DNA from: Carcharhinus longimanus | Taxonomy: Eukaryota | Length of the DNA: 64,000 nucleotides | Assembly: GCA_030264375.1 (NCBI GenBank) | Contig: JASCQW010000072.1 | Span: 47,866,207 to 47,930,206, forward strand | Reading direction: 5' to 3' | Shown: one piece after another, positions 37,951-51,150 of the stretch | How positions within the stretch are numbered: position 1 is the first letter of the stretch | Layout of the letters: each line of letters starts with the position of its first letter | The notes under the pieces: model-generated | Told to the model about the DNA's origin: nothing | What the model saw: only the letters and a program-made list of their open reading frames with translations | The model's database searches: none | Position numbers and translations under genes: made by a program

Positions 37951-38126
37951 CTCACCCTTTTTTAAAGGGAGAAAACATGTCGCCGAAATAAGACTCCTTT
38001 TAAAAGCTGACCAAAAACTGGAACAGAAATTTCCTTTTGCCCCCATTCCACCCCTGACATTTTCTCTGTGGCAGGTGATTGTTCCTTCTGCTCTATAATT
38101 ACACTACCACCGGCATCCCAACTCAA

Positions 38127-38346
38127 TAAGAAGTCTCACAACACCAGGTTAGAGCCCAACCAGTTTATTTGATAGTAACCTCACAAGCTTTGGGAAACAG
38201 TGTCCCTGCCACACACCTGACCAAGGAACACCATTTCGGAAAGCTTGTGAGATTTCTATCAAATAAACTGGTTGGACTCTAACCTGGTGTTGTGAGACTT
38301 CTTACTGTGTTTACCCCAGTCCAACGCTGGCATCTCCACATCATGA
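38127..38346. mobile_element. Palindromic Penelope-like insertion
   Basis: 65-nt inverted arms (38127-38191 and 38240-38304; 62/65 match). 12-bp TSD atcccaactcaa (38115-38126, 38347-38358). Confidence 0.8.
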
Positions 38347-38700
38347 ATCCCAACTCAAGAACAGCTTCTTCACTGCTGCCATCACACTTTTGAATGGACC
38401 TACCGTATATTAAGTTGTATTCTTCACCCTATCTGACAGTAACATTCTGCATAGACAAAGCATTTGTACAGTATGCTTTGTCTGTATAGTGCACAAGGAA
38501 CAATACTTTTCATTGTATACTAATAGATGTGACAATAATCAAAATCAAATCTATGAACAGCATGCCTTGTCTGTATAGCACACAAGATGCAATACTTTTC
38601 ACTGTATACTAATACAAGTGATAATAATAAATCAAACCTATGAACATTATGCTTTGTCTATATAGCGTGCAAGAAGCAATACTTCTCACTGTATCCCATA
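38347..38700 (+). mobile_element. Rex1/Babar-like LINE 3' end with triplicated 3' UTR
   Basis: LKNSFFTAAITLLNGP motif; tail tgtgacaataatcaaaatcaaatc; about 88-nt unit at 38469, 38558 and 38645. Confidence 0.65.
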
Positions 38701-38705
38701 CAGTT

Positions 38706-39010
38706 TAAAGTTTATTTATTTGTGTCACAAGTAGGCTTACATTAACATTACAACGACGTTAGTGTGAAAATCCCCTAGTGGCCACAATCTGGCACCTGTT
38801 CAGGTACACTGAGGGAGAATTTAGCACAGCCAATGTGCCTAACCAGCATGACTTTTTAGACTGTGAGAGGAAACTGGAGCACTCGAAGGAAACCGATGCA
38901 GGTAAGGGGAAAATGTGCAAACTCCACACAGGCAGTGGCCCAAACTGGGAATTGAACTCATGCCCCTGATGCTGTCAGGCATCATTGCTAACCACTGTGC
39001 CACTATGTGG
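38706..39010 (-). mobile_element. HE1-type SINE, type B tail
   Basis: Antisense full copy. Confidence 0.85.
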
Positions 39011-39359
39011 CGATGATAAATCAAATTAAATTAAAATCCCATCCCTTGGGCACATCTTAACCTTAACCCAATTTGACCACAGTTCCATGTGCACAGATTA
39101 ACAAGCTGGACACGTTGTTCATGGTGGACCAGAGCCAAATCCTAAAACCCTGTTCTCAAGTGACCTTCACAACAAGGTTCACAAAATTGAGACTGGTGGC
39201 AGGAACAGTGGCTCATTTCCTGGTTGTTCCCTATCTCAGGAAAACAGAAACCATTTGTAACGCTTCTGCTGTCCCCCCTTGCCTGACATCAGTTCACACT
39301 GGTCAGCCTGTAATAAGCGAACCCACTCAACTCCTCAAAACCCAAAGCCATTAAGTTAA

Positions 39360-39525
39360 AACAAAAGACAGAAAATGCGTCATAAACTCAACAGAACTGT
39401 TGTATGGGAGAGTCATATGGAGTCAAATGTTAACTCAAGTTTCTCTCTCCACAGATGCTGCCAGACCTGCTGAGTTTATCCAGCATTTTCTGATTTCTAG
39501 CATCCACAGTATTTTGCTTCTATTT
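39360..39525. mobile_element. Penelope-like terminal repeat remnant
   Basis: ctctctccacagatgctgccagacctgctgag is the reverse-complement homolog of 12610-12660. Confidence 0.65.
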
Positions 39526-40088
39526 TTCCCCTCAGCTAGTAAAAGTGGAAGGTAATAATTTTTAGCCTCTCCTTTGAGGCTCCCCCTCCTTGAAAGACAA
39601 TCACATGAGTAGCATTATGAGGGAAGTGCCCTCCTTTCTCCCATGTGTAACAAAATCATGTTCTTATAAATAGGCTTTTGATTTAATTACACATGGCACA
39701 ATGAAAAATATTCTCCCAAGTTTAAAAGCTGACAACAATGAGAGTGAGGGTGGAGAGGCAATCATGTGACATGGTGATAGATCAACATTTCTGAAGTGGA
39801 TAAATAAAGTTTCTGGAACAGAATCTGCCCACAAGCAGCATTCCAGAAGCTAATGTAGTTACTCTAGGTTAGGCTCACCTGAGGGTCCAAGTTGGGTGGT
39901 TCATCCAGGTGACCGACCATCCTGCATATCTAGGGAATGCCCCTTATTTTGACTGTCCCATGTCTCTAATGGGGTAACTTTGTCCCATATTTCTTGGACA
40001 GCCTGTGGGTGTCAGAGCCTGAGAATCTGCAGGGTGAGTTTGACTGTTTTGCCCAGGACTGCAAATGAGCAACGCAGAAAGATAATAA

Positions 40089-40403
40089 TCATAGAATCCC
40101 TACAGTGCAGAATGAGGCCATTCAGCCCATCGAATTTGCACCAACCACAATCCCACCTAGGCCCTATTCCCGTAACCCCACATACTTAGCCAGCTAACTG
40201 CCCTGATACTAGGGTCAATTTATCATGTTCAAACAACCTAACCTGCACACCTTTGGAGTGTGGGAGAAAACTGGAACACCCAGAGGAAACCCACGCAGAC
40301 ATGGGGAGAAAATGCAAACTCCACATGGACAGTGACCTGAGGCCGAAATTGAACCGGGTCCCTGGCGCTGTGTGGCAGCAGTGCTAACCACTGTGCCATC
40401 GTG
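40089..40403 (-). mobile_element. HE1-type SINE
   Basis: Antisense full copy with CR1-like tail. Confidence 0.87.
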
Positions 40404-41305
40404 TAATCCTGAATGTTCTGACTTAACAAGACAGGTTGGAAGTTTTAGTTGATTTTAACCCACTACCCTGTCCCTCATGCTATAATGGTCTTAAACATCC
40501 CCCTCTCAAGCTTACCAAATACCCCCCCATCCCCCCTCCACTTGCCACCCCTAATGGTTGCCAGCACGTTTGCTGGTCCAAAGTTTGAAGTGTCCCTTCT
40601 TACATTTATTAAGAGTTTGTCATTCTTGTGTTCCCAGCTTTTGATAAAAATTGCCCTCATCCCCTAAAGGATCAAAAAAGGTCAATCATGTAGGGACACG
40701 AAGTTAATTGACCCCCAATACTTTGGAAGGGAAGTTCATGGGTGTGGGGGAGGAGGGGAAGGGAGTAAAACAGCTATTTCAGTCTGCAAGACAATTTACT
40801 TTTCACTCTGTTTATGAGCACCATGGTGACAAATGAATTACATGGCGATGCCATGTCATCACAATCACTGTGCCAGATCCATTCGCACTTTTTAACGTTT
40901 AAGCTATTAAAGGAACTCAGTGAGAGGGCTGCAGTTTTTAAACGTCAGGGCACAGCACCCATAATTCAGCATACATCACGACTGAATTAGCCTTAAAGGT
41001 CCCAAAGGTTTGTTGGCATGAGGAATGGAAATGTCACACAGATTTTTTTGCGGAATAGAGGGAGTTTATTGTAAATCTAACACATGAGATTTCTGACCTG
41101 ACCTTTTGAAAGTTGTTGATTGACGGAACTGGGTAAATATTCCATTCGTTCTCTTCAATATCACACATTGCTCATTTATTAATAGATAAATTATCTTAAT
41201 GAAATACTGTTATACAGCACCTTGTACTGATTACTTTACCATCAAGTCCACTGCTGGAATTGAGCTCTGCTTATACAACTCCTGAAAAAGACCAAATTCC
41301 TTTCT

Positions 41306-41492
41306 TTTCATTCATTCGTGGATCATGGGCATCACTGGCTGGGCCAGCATTCATTGCCCATCCCTAGTCACCCTTGAAATGAATAGTTTGCCAAGTTGTT
41401 TCAGAAGATGGTTGAGAGTCAACCACATTGCTGTGACTCTGGAGTCACATGTAGGCCAGACCAGGTAAGGATGGCAGATTTCCTTCCCTAAA
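41306..41492 (-). mobile_element. tRNA-SINE 3' part (7149 family), runs into gap
   Basis: Reverse complement of the 7350-7495 region. Confidence 0.75.
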
Positions 41493-41592
41493 NNNNNNNN
41501 NNNNNNNNNNNNNNNNNNNNNNNNNNNNNNNNNNNNNNNNNNNNNNNNNNNNNNNNNNNNNNNNNNNNNNNNNNNNNNNNNNNNNNNNNNNN

Positions 41593-42236
41593 ATCAATAA
41601 CCTATCTTTCTGTCTTAAAGACACTCAATGACCTGGCCTCCACAGCCTTCTGCAGCAAGGAGTTCCACAGATTCACCACTCTCTGGCTGAAGAAATTGCT
41701 CCTCATCTCTGTTTTAAAGGATCATCCCTTTAGCCTGAGGTTGTATCCTCTGGTTCTAGTTTTTCCTACTAGCGGAAACATCCTCTCCACGTCCACTCTC
41801 TCCAGGCCTCGCAGTATCCTGTAAGTTTCACTAAGATCCTCCCTCATCCTTCTAAACTCCAACGAATGCAAACCCAGAGTTCTCAACCGTTCCTCATACG
41901 ACAAGCTCTTCATTCCAGGGATCATTCTTGTGAACCTCCTTTGGACCCTTTCCAGTGCCAGCACATCCTTCCTTACATATGCGGCAAAGCTGCTCACAAT
42001 ACTCCAAATGGGTCTGATCAGAGTTTTATACCAGAACCTATATTCTAGCTCTCTCAACATGAATGCTAGCATTGCATTTTGCCTTCCTAATTGCCAATTG
42101 AACCTGCATGTTAACCTTAAGAGAACCTTGAACAAGGACTCCCAAGTGCCTTTGAGCTTCTGATTTCCCAAGCATTTCCCCATATAGAAAATAGTCTATA
42201 CCTCCATTCCTCCTTCCAAAGTGCATAACCTCACTT
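41593..42236 (-). mobile_element. CR1 LINE ORF2 C-terminal fragment
   Basis: ORF 41722-42183: RKDVLALERVQRRFTRMIPGMKSLSYEERLRTLGLHSLEFRRMR. Confidence 0.9.
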
Positions 42237-42941
42237 TTATAGTCATGTTTCCATCTTTATTTTTATATTTCCATTCTAAATTCCTGCTTCCACATCTATA
42301 ATAGAAATTCTTTACGGTAACTTGTCTCACTGTCATTATACTTTCTGGTGAATTATCACAACTCCACTAGCTGGAAAGTATAAGTGCAGCATGGCAGTTT
42401 ACATGGTTAGTTTCCATCCTAAATGTGGAGGTAGGAATTTACACAAAATTTTAAAAACATGATTATAGTCCCCATGAGGATTCCCATGACCTTAAGTATG
42501 TAGACTTTAGGATTCCCATAAACCCCATAAAGTTACTTATCTAGGTCTCATCATCATTCGGACATCTTGAAACAATTCAGGAGGCATCTTAAAGTGATCC
42601 TATTTTCAGAGAAAGCAACCTTACGTGGAATAAACCAACCTTGCCCAATTTGAACAGCAATGCATCAGAAACATGGAAGGGTAATCTGCATGGCTGGCCT
42701 ATGAACGTGATCAATGAAAACCTGAAGGAAAATTCACATAACAGCTATGGAACAAATCGAAGACCCATAACCAGGCCTTTGAGATATTTATCAGTTAAAT
42801 AGTGAGAAAATGTCCTTGTGCCATGCCATTATTATTTTTTGTAGACACTGCCTAAGATTTCCTTACAATTTGACTTACTGCCACTCCAGTTCAATGTGGT
42901 CATAGCTGGTTGATAAGTCCAACGTACGTTCTGCAGACTCT

Positions 42942-43150
42942 GGGCTTGATTTTACAGCCATTTCCCATCAGCAGGATCTTCCAGTCCGACTGATGGTGAC
43001 CCTCCCCACCACAGATTCCGTGGTAGCAGGGAAACAAAGGAAAACCCCACTGACAACAGCGGGACCAGAAGATTCCACTATCAGACAATGGCGGGCCGCT
43101 TCTGCCACCGTAAAACACGCCACAGGGGAAGGGGGCAAAAAATTCTGCCC
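42942..43150. mobile_element. Short Harbinger-like MITE, about 210 bp
   Basis: Termini gggcttgattt / aaattctgccc; internal inverted symmetry (atcttccagtcc vs gggaccagaagat). Confidence 0.55.
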
Positions 43151-45119
43151 ACTGCCACATGTGCTTGAAGGGTTGGATAGATGGGTTGTTTGTACAATTG
43201 TGTGCTCCCTTCAACCCCTTGACTTTGTTTCTGCACATTCCCAATGAAGTCTCTCAATGTGTTTGGTATTTTGCTGAATAAGCCTTCTCCATTTTGATTG
43301 TCAGAATTTCCCATGAGTCATCAGGCATTTCTCACCTCTTCTTCCTAAAGAAGAGGTGTCTTCCTGCGAGTTTTCTGCCACAAGCAGGTTTCCTCCTGGG
43401 AGTTTTCTGCCATGAACAGATATTGAATAGTGCAGTTGCTTTGGGAGTCTAGTATGTTAAACAAATAATTAACAAGGTTTTATAAAGGTCTTCACTGGAG
43501 AACATAAAGTACAAAGCCCTGTGTGTACCTATACAGTGAAATCAGAACCCAAATGATTAAAACAGGATACAACAAGCTCTAACTTAATTGAAATTTAAGA
43601 CCATCTTGGTGAAAACGGATGAATTTAAGAACAACACAATCCTTGTGACAAAGCTGATTTACAAGTAATTCTACAGGCAGAAACTAACACTACTTAAAAT
43701 GTGATCTACAAGGTAATAAATTTCAAATCGCATGTTCAAAGAATTTCAAACAATAGGCCTACACTCATTAAAGGCTACATGAAGATCTCATTTGGAATTG
43801 AAGGATATCTGTTTGGTTACATATCATACAGCGTGCATTAAGTGAACCACAAAGGGATGAAAACCTATTGGATTTGATGCTAATGGTTCATAAAAGACTA
43901 TGACGAGAGTCAAAATGCAACAGAATAGAGCTGGGTTTTAGACCAAGCTCAATTGTTTGTTATTCTTATATTAATGAACTTTGTATGCAAGTAATCAGAT
44001 TTTATCACAATCTATTCAGCAAATTTCCTCTACTTGACATCTAAAACCTGGATAGACAAAGATATGCTGGAAATGAATCGGATTGCAGTCAGTAAGGGAA
44101 GATCTTAGTTTTAAAACTGTCACTGTTTGCAATAGCAACAGTCGAAAGAGTTCCAGCTGTCAAAGCAGATGCTGGTCACCGTGCTCCTTGGTAGTGAATA
44201 GATCTATATGTGAACCAGACCTCAAAGCCCTCTTTAATGTAGTATGGTTTTTTTTACACCATACTTATCACATCCCTCACCTAGTAAAAAATTAGCTTTA
44301 AATTTGAGCAACTTGCAGCAATTCTTCCATTTAGCTATCAAAAACATTTCTATCAAACAAATTTCGATGGCAGTGAAGCTATACCAAGAAGCGAGTTGTA
44401 AAGATGTTTTTTTTTGTAGAACAGTACACTGCAGCTAGTTGTCAAAAAGGAAAAAATTCCATTGAAAAGGCTGTGGTGATACTGTGCCACTAACTACAAC
44501 CAAGTTGCAGTGAGAACAAAATCCAGCCAGTGCATTTGGTGGAGCGCCCCACGCACATTCTTTCTGAACCCTATAATGCTCATGTTGTTCCTTGCACTCA
44601 GCTGGTTGGATGACTAACTTTCCACATAGAGACAACATGTAGAATGATTGAAGAGCAATTCCCAGCACGAATTGCAAAGTTTAATGGGACAAGGTGCATC
44701 CTGTCAATTGGGTTTAAGTCAAAAGTAAGACCCAGATTTTCCAACGTCAGATTATAGAACTGTAGGATCCCTCCAGTGCAGGAGGCGGCTATTTGGCCCA
44801 TTGAGTCTGCACCAACTCCCCAGAAGAGCATCTTACCTTGCAACGCCCTCATCCCTGATACAAGATTTAAGTAAAACTAAGCATTTTAAACAGTATAAAG
44901 CACCATTTCTCTCTCCTAAAACCTGCTTCAAAATTGCAGCAACTGGTTCTGTAACAAAACAAATGAGGCATTAGTTGTTTGGGGAACCTTTTCCAAACTG
45001 AAGTGTTATCACTAGTCTTGAACTTTTATACAACGCAGGAGCGTTGTGATGAAGGGTACACTCAAAATATTAAGCTCATCTTTAGAGGTGGTTCCTGCTG
45101 CGTGGGGTTAACAACTCAT

Positions 45120-45417
45120 GGGGCTGCATGGTGGTACAGTGGTTAGAGCCGCTGCCTCATTGCGCCAGGGATCCGAGTGCAATTCCTGGCTTGGCTCACT
45201 GTGTGGAGTTTGTACATTCTCCTGGTGTCTACATGGGCTTCCTCCCAAAGATATGTTGGTTAGGTAGACTGGCCATGGTAAATTGCCCCTTAGTGTTAGG
45301 GGGACTAGCTAGAATAAAATGCATGGAATTATGAGGATAGGACTTGGGTGGGGTTTGGTCGGTGCCGACTGGATGGGCCGAGCAGCCTCCTTCTGCACTG
45401 TCAGATTCTATGATTCT
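45120..45417 (+). mobile_element. HE1-type SINE
   Basis: Head, body and CR1-like tail. Confidence 0.83.
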
Positions 45418-45867
45418 ACAACAATACTGGATAGCTATTTTCCTGAAATTTTGTCACATTGTCTCCCACTTAACGCTAACCCTAATCCATTTCTCCATCA
45501 CCAACTTACTTTTTAAAAGAAAAGCAACACACGATTTAATGTCCCTATGAATTTCATTCCCTTTGGGTTGGTCACAGTAGCATCTGTGAAATTCATCTCT
45601 AATTCTGGAATACTGGAGGACAATCTTTACTGCTATGTTACCAGCATTCTTTTTTCTTCCCCCTCCCCAAAATTATGTGCGGGATGCTAGTTGAAGAATA
45701 TAAAAATATATTCAATAACTTCCATATTTATGTGAAATTGGCTTTTTGAAGCAACAACATCCAGCCAGCGTAGCAATTCACCACTGCAGTAACAACTCAT
45801 GACTTGTTTATCAGCATCCTAGACCAAGTATACAAGCCACCCTGTTTTATGAATTATCCGAGCTATG

Positions 45868-46193
45868 TCATGAAATCCCTACAGTGCAGGAGGAGGCCAT
45901 TTGACCCATTGATTCTGCACTGACTCATCTTACCAGGCCCTATCCCCTAACCCCATGCATTTACTCCACTAATCGCCCTAACCACACACACACCTTGGGA
46001 TAGTAAGGAGCAACTTTATCACGGCCAATCCCTCTAACCTGCACATCTTTGGACTGTAGGAGAAAATTGGAGCATCCAGAGGAAAACTATGGAGAATGTG
46101 TAAGCTCCACAGAGAGTCACCCAAGGCTGAAATTAAACCCGATCCCTGGCGCTGTGAGGCAGCAGTGCTAATTACTGTGCCACCATGTTGCCC
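45868..46193 (-). mobile_element. HE1-type SINE
   Basis: Antisense full copy. Confidence 0.85.
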
Positions 46194-46699
46194 AAATGTC
46201 ACTGAATGTCCAGAGGGACTAGGACGTTAAGAACATATTAAATGCAGCATGCTGTATCTAAGTTGAAATTTGAAGATAACAGCTACTGAATACCAGGAGG
46301 TTCTAGATCTAATTCCAACACTAGCTGGGAGGAGAATACGTGTTTTTTGTCCCATTCTTGAGCGTAGTCTCATTATTAACTCATCCTCAGTATATTTATC
46401 CTCTTTGCTCTCCAATTTTCTTTCTGGCAAGCCATCCAAAAAGAGAATATATCTGAATCAACCAAATTAATAACATGCTGAATAATCAAGGGTCTTTACT
46501 TATCAATGGTGGGTACAGTAATGTTGGGGCTAAAGCATTGCACTGACAACAGAGATCATGAGTTCAAATCCTACCACAGCAAGTAATGAAACTAAAATCT
46601 GCTTATTTGCATGCTAGCACCAGAAGAAAATTAATACAAATCCTGCCAATTCTACCTCTTGGGATGAAAACATCTGCGGTTGTTTGTTCATTAATTTAG

Positions 46700-46955
46700 A
46701 AACATAGAATACAGGAGCAGGAGTTGGCCTTTCAGCCCATTGAGCCTGCTCTGCTATTCATAATGATCATGTCCAATCATCCAACTAAGCAACCTGTTCC
46801 CGCTTTCTCCTCATATCTTTTTATCCCCAAAAGTTATATCTAATTCCTTCTTGAAAACATACAATTATTTGGCCTCAACTGCTTTCCGTGGTAGAGAATT
46901 CCACAGGCTCAGCATTCTCTGGGTAAAGAAATTTCTCCTCATCTTAGTCTTAAAT
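46700..46955 (-). mobile_element. CR1 LINE 3' end
   Basis: agaaacatagaatacaggagcaggag...cagcccattgagcctgct tail. Confidence 0.75.
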
Positions 46956-47164
46956 ATCAGCAAGAGGTAAACAGGTAAAAAGGGAGCAGTGAAAAATATC
47001 CTGAATCCAATACGCATTCCAAATTTCGATAGTCACTGCTTGCTGTCTCTCCCAGACAGTGCAGAGTACTTTGATACCCAGTGTCTGTGTGATGTGTTGT
47101 TTAAGTGGAATTATTTTACTCTCCTACTGTAAAATTGCAACAGAGCTCTTGAGAAAATTCTACT

Positions 47165-48215
47165 TTTTTATAATTGTTCAATGTGGGCATCACTGGCTAG
47201 GCCAGCACTTAATGTCCATTTCTAATTGCCCTTGAGAAGGTGATAGTGAGCCATCTTCTTGAACCACGGCAGTCCATGGGGGTGTACGAACATTCATAAT
47301 GCTGTTAGTTCCAGAGTTTACTGGATTCTGACCCAGCGACATGAAGGAACAACATAGCTCCAAGTTAGATCGGTATGGCTTGGAGGGAAACCTGCAGGTG
47401 GCGACATTCCAATGCATCTGGTGCTGTTGTCCTTCTCTTTATTCATCTGCATTCAGAGTCACAAAATTATTTCAGTGCAGGAGGCAGCCATTTGGTCCAT
47501 CATGTCTGCACCAGTTTTCCAAATGGCACCTAGTGCCATTCTCTTGCCTTCGCCCCATAAAGCTTCACACTATTCCTTTTCAAATACCAGTCTTTTGAAT
47601 ACATCGATTGAAACTGCCTCTCAGGCAGTGCATTCCAAACCCTAGCCACCTGCTGCATGAAAAAGCTTTGTCTCATATCACTTTTGCTTCTTTTGTCAAT
47701 TACTTAAAATCTGTACCCTCTCCTTCNNNNNNNNNNNNNNNNNNNNNNNNNNNNNNNNNNNNNNNNNNNNNNNNNNNNNNNNNNNNNNNNNNNNNNNNNN
47801 NNNNNNNNNNNNNNNNNNNNNNNNNNNNNNNNNNNNNNNNNNNNNNNNNNNNNNNNNNNNNNNNNNNNNNNNNNNNNNNNNNNNNNNNNNNNNNNNNNNN
47901 NNNNNNNNNNNNNNNNNNNNNNNNNNNNNNNNNNNNNNNNNNNNNNNNNNNNNNNNNNNNNNNNNNNNNNNNNNNNNNNNNNNNNNNNNNNNNNNNNNNN
48001 NNNNNNNNNNNNNNNNNNNNNNNNNNNNNNNNNNNNNNNNNNNNNNNNNNNNNNTTTTGATTTGTGCCTTGTAAATTGTGGACAGAATTTAGGGAGTCTG
48101 CAGGTGAATTAATCGCCGCAGGACTCCTAGCCTCTGACCTGCTTTTGTAACCATAGCATTTATGTGGCTAGTCCAGTTCAGTCTCTGGTCAATGGTAATC
48201 CACAGGATGCTGACA
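47165..48215 (-). mobile_element. CR1-like LINE 3' fragments with a nested CR1 tail, spanning a gap
   Basis: Tail tgtgggcatcactggctaggccagc...aattgcccttgagaagg; CR1 tail at 47460-47726. Confidence 0.65.
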
Positions 48216-48449
48216 GATGAAACAAAATCCCACTGGATACCCAAGGAACTTATTTATGAATGCTTTATAGATTAGGTCTGCCAAAGGCAAAATGATACAG
48301 CATTCTGACAAAGACTTAAAGAACGGGGCATTTTGTGTCCACATAATGCAACTGGCTGATTGGTTATAACACATTAAGGTACAGGAATGAGAATAAAGAC
48401 AATGTGAGCTCTTCCAAGCTTGTACACAAAGTAACAAATAAAAGAGAAG

Positions 48450-49567
48450 CTGACACAAGATTTAAATAAAACTAAGCACTCAAAACACCCGATGACCAAT
48501 TCTCTCTCTCCTAAAACCTGGTTAAAATTGCAGCAACTGATTCTGGAACAGAACAAACAAGGGGGAATCTTTTCAAAACTGAAGTACTATTATGTGTCTA
48601 ACTTTTATACAATGCAGGAGCAATGGAGTGGTGGTGGTGGGGCCGGGGGGGGGGACACATGAGATAACAGTGCTGCTGACCCACAGAACATGCAATTTCT
48701 CCACTGAATTCAGATTCTGATGAAGGGTACCCTTAAAATATTACGCTTATCGTTATGGTTGACTGTTGCTTAGGATTAACAACTCAGGCTGGCTGTTTTC
48801 CTGGAAATTTTGTCACATTGTAACCCTACCCCATTTCTCTATCTCCAATTATAATTTTAAACTGAAAATATTCAAAGCAAAGAAAAGAAACACACAATTT
48901 ACTATCCTTATGATTTTCCTTCCCTTTGGGTTGCTCACAGCAGCATGTGAAATCCATCTCCAATTCTGGAATACTGGTGGACAATCCAGGAGGATTTGCA
49001 ATCTCTACTGCTATGTTATCAGCAATGTCCTTTCTTCTCCCTCCCCAAAATTACGTCAGGGATACTACTAGTTGAAGAAAATAACAATAATCATATTCAA
49101 TAAATTCCAGACTTATAATTTGAAATTGGCTTTTTGCAGCAATAACATCCAGCCAGTACAGCAATTCACCATTGCAATAACAACTCACGACTCGTTTATC
49201 AACATCCTAGAATAAATATACAACCCACTCTATTTCATGAATTATCCAAGCTATGTCACAGAATCCCTGCAGTGCAGAAGGAGGCATTTGGCCCATTGAG
49301 TTTGCACCCACTTTCTAACAGAGCATCTTGCCCAGGCCCCGTTCCTGTAACCCCATGAATTTACCCACTAATCACCCTAACCCGCACACCTTGGTACACA
49401 ACCAATCCACTTAACCTGCAAATCTTTCAATAGTGGGAGGAAACCGGAGCACCTGGAGGAAACCCACGCAGACACCGGGAGAACATGCAAACTCCACACA
49501 GTCACCCAAACCCTGGAATCAAACCCAGGTCCCTGGCGTGGTGAGGTAGTAATGCTAACCACTGTGT
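48450..49567 (+). repeat. Local duplication, copy B
   Basis: Collinear with 44855-46193 but lacks the SINE at 45120-45417. Confidence 0.85.
49257..49567 (-). mobile_element. HE1-type SINE
   Basis: Antisense copy. Confidence 0.87.
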
Positions 49568-49729
49568 CCCCCTATCCTTAATGGAGTTAGAGCACTTTTG
49601 GTTAAGTGTAGTACTGATTCTGGGGCTATACTGATGTACCTGAACTCCAAACTTCAGACAGTACCCTTCCATCATGAAACTTGTAAATGTCAATGTTCAG
49701 AGACACTTAAGTATATTCATACAAGAAAC

Positions 49730-50212
49730 TCAAACTTAACATGGAGGTACAGCAAGCAAGTAGGAAGGCAAATGATATATTGACCTTTATTGCAAGGGGA
49801 TTGCAGTGCACAAATAAAGAAGTCTTGCTACAATTCTACAGAGCTTGGTGAGACCACACTTAGAATAGTATGTGCAGTTTTGATTCCCATTTTAAGAAAG
49901 GATATTCTGCTTTGGAAGCTGAGTAAATTGGGGCTGAACTTTGGATTTCAGGAAAATGAGAGGTGATCTAATCAAAACATACAAGATTCTGAGAAGGTCT
50001 GGCAGGAAGGCATGGAGATCATTTCCCCTGGCTGGGAATCAAGAACATTGGATGGAGGAAAAAGGGCAGTCTCTGGAAAAGGGTGAATCATTTAGGACTG
50101 AGATAAGGAAATATTTCTTCATTTCAAGGGCTGTGAATCTTTCAAGAATATCCATAAGTCAACTGAATGGCAGGACAGAACAGCAGGCAGTATGATCTAT
50201 TCCTGCTCCTAT
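49730..50212 (+). mobile_element. CR1 LINE 3' fragment
   Basis: RKMRGDLIKTYKIL motif and tail. Confidence 0.75.
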
Positions 50213-50925
50213 CAATTCATTTCCCACACCACCACCTTCTCGAGGGCAATAAGGGATGGGCAATAAACGCTGACCTAGCTAGCAATGCCCACTTCCCAGA
50301 AATGATTTTTTAAAAAATCCTGTTATCGCTTGAGTAACACTGCCAATTTAGGACCATGTAATAATCAATATTACACAAGGACTTAAGCCCGCCAAAATAG
50401 ATTCAAATTTCCCCCAGCTGTTGGACTCTCAACAGTTGTCAACAAATCTCATCTTGACAGTCTAAACTGGTTTCAAAACTCTTTCCCGTTATGAGTTTTC
50501 TATCATAGAATTGCATTTTAATTTGGTTTTTTCATCCATGAATGCAATATCCAAACTCTAGAGCGCTGTACAAATACAACCCACAACATAATACTGGTGG
50601 CAAAGAAGACAACCGACATTAGTGGGCAAATATCCACCACAACCAGCAGCACCTGTCATCACATTGTTATGAAGAAATGAGTACACAAAGTCTCGGAAAT
50701 TCACCAACAATGCAGTAATAAGGTCATGAAATTCTGTTCAGAGGAAGGAATCAGCACCCATGATTATTGACTTTTTAACAGCTGTCTGAAAAAATATACT
50801 TTGGCAGTATTCCGTTTGAACATGAATCACCACTCAATGTATATTCAACCAGTTTGTTAAGAAATAAATTAGATCCTGATATTTCCTACTCATTGAGACT
50901 CCATACTTAAACTTCTTAACTTCAG

Positions 50926-51150
50926 TAAAAAGTCTGACAACACCAGGTTTTAGTCCAACCGATTTATTTGATAGTAAACGCACAAGCTTTCGAGGTTNNN
51001 NNNNNNNNNNNNNNNNNNNNNNNNNNNNNNNNNNNNNNNNNNNNNNNNNNNNNNNNNNNNNNNNNNNNNNNNNNNNNNNNNNNNNNNNNNNNNNNNNTCA
51101 GACTTTTTACTGTGTTTACCCCAGTCCAACGCTGGCACATCCACATCATC
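50926..51150. mobile_element. Palindromic Penelope-like insertion, centre in gap
   Basis: Same architecture as 38127-38346. 15-bp TSD acttcttaacttcag (50911-50925, 51151-51165). Confidence 0.78.

Larger units (their letters stand above)
44855..46193 (+). repeat. Local duplication, copy A
   Basis: Collinear with 48450-49567 (for example ctctcctaaaacctg..aaaattgcagcaactg and gaaattggcttttt...acatccagccag). Confidence 0.85.

Noticed and set aside
48715-48750. ctgatgaagggtacccttaaaa as a hammerhead (paralog at 45046-45075)
   Set aside because: GAAA core and stem I are lost; at most a dead fossil.
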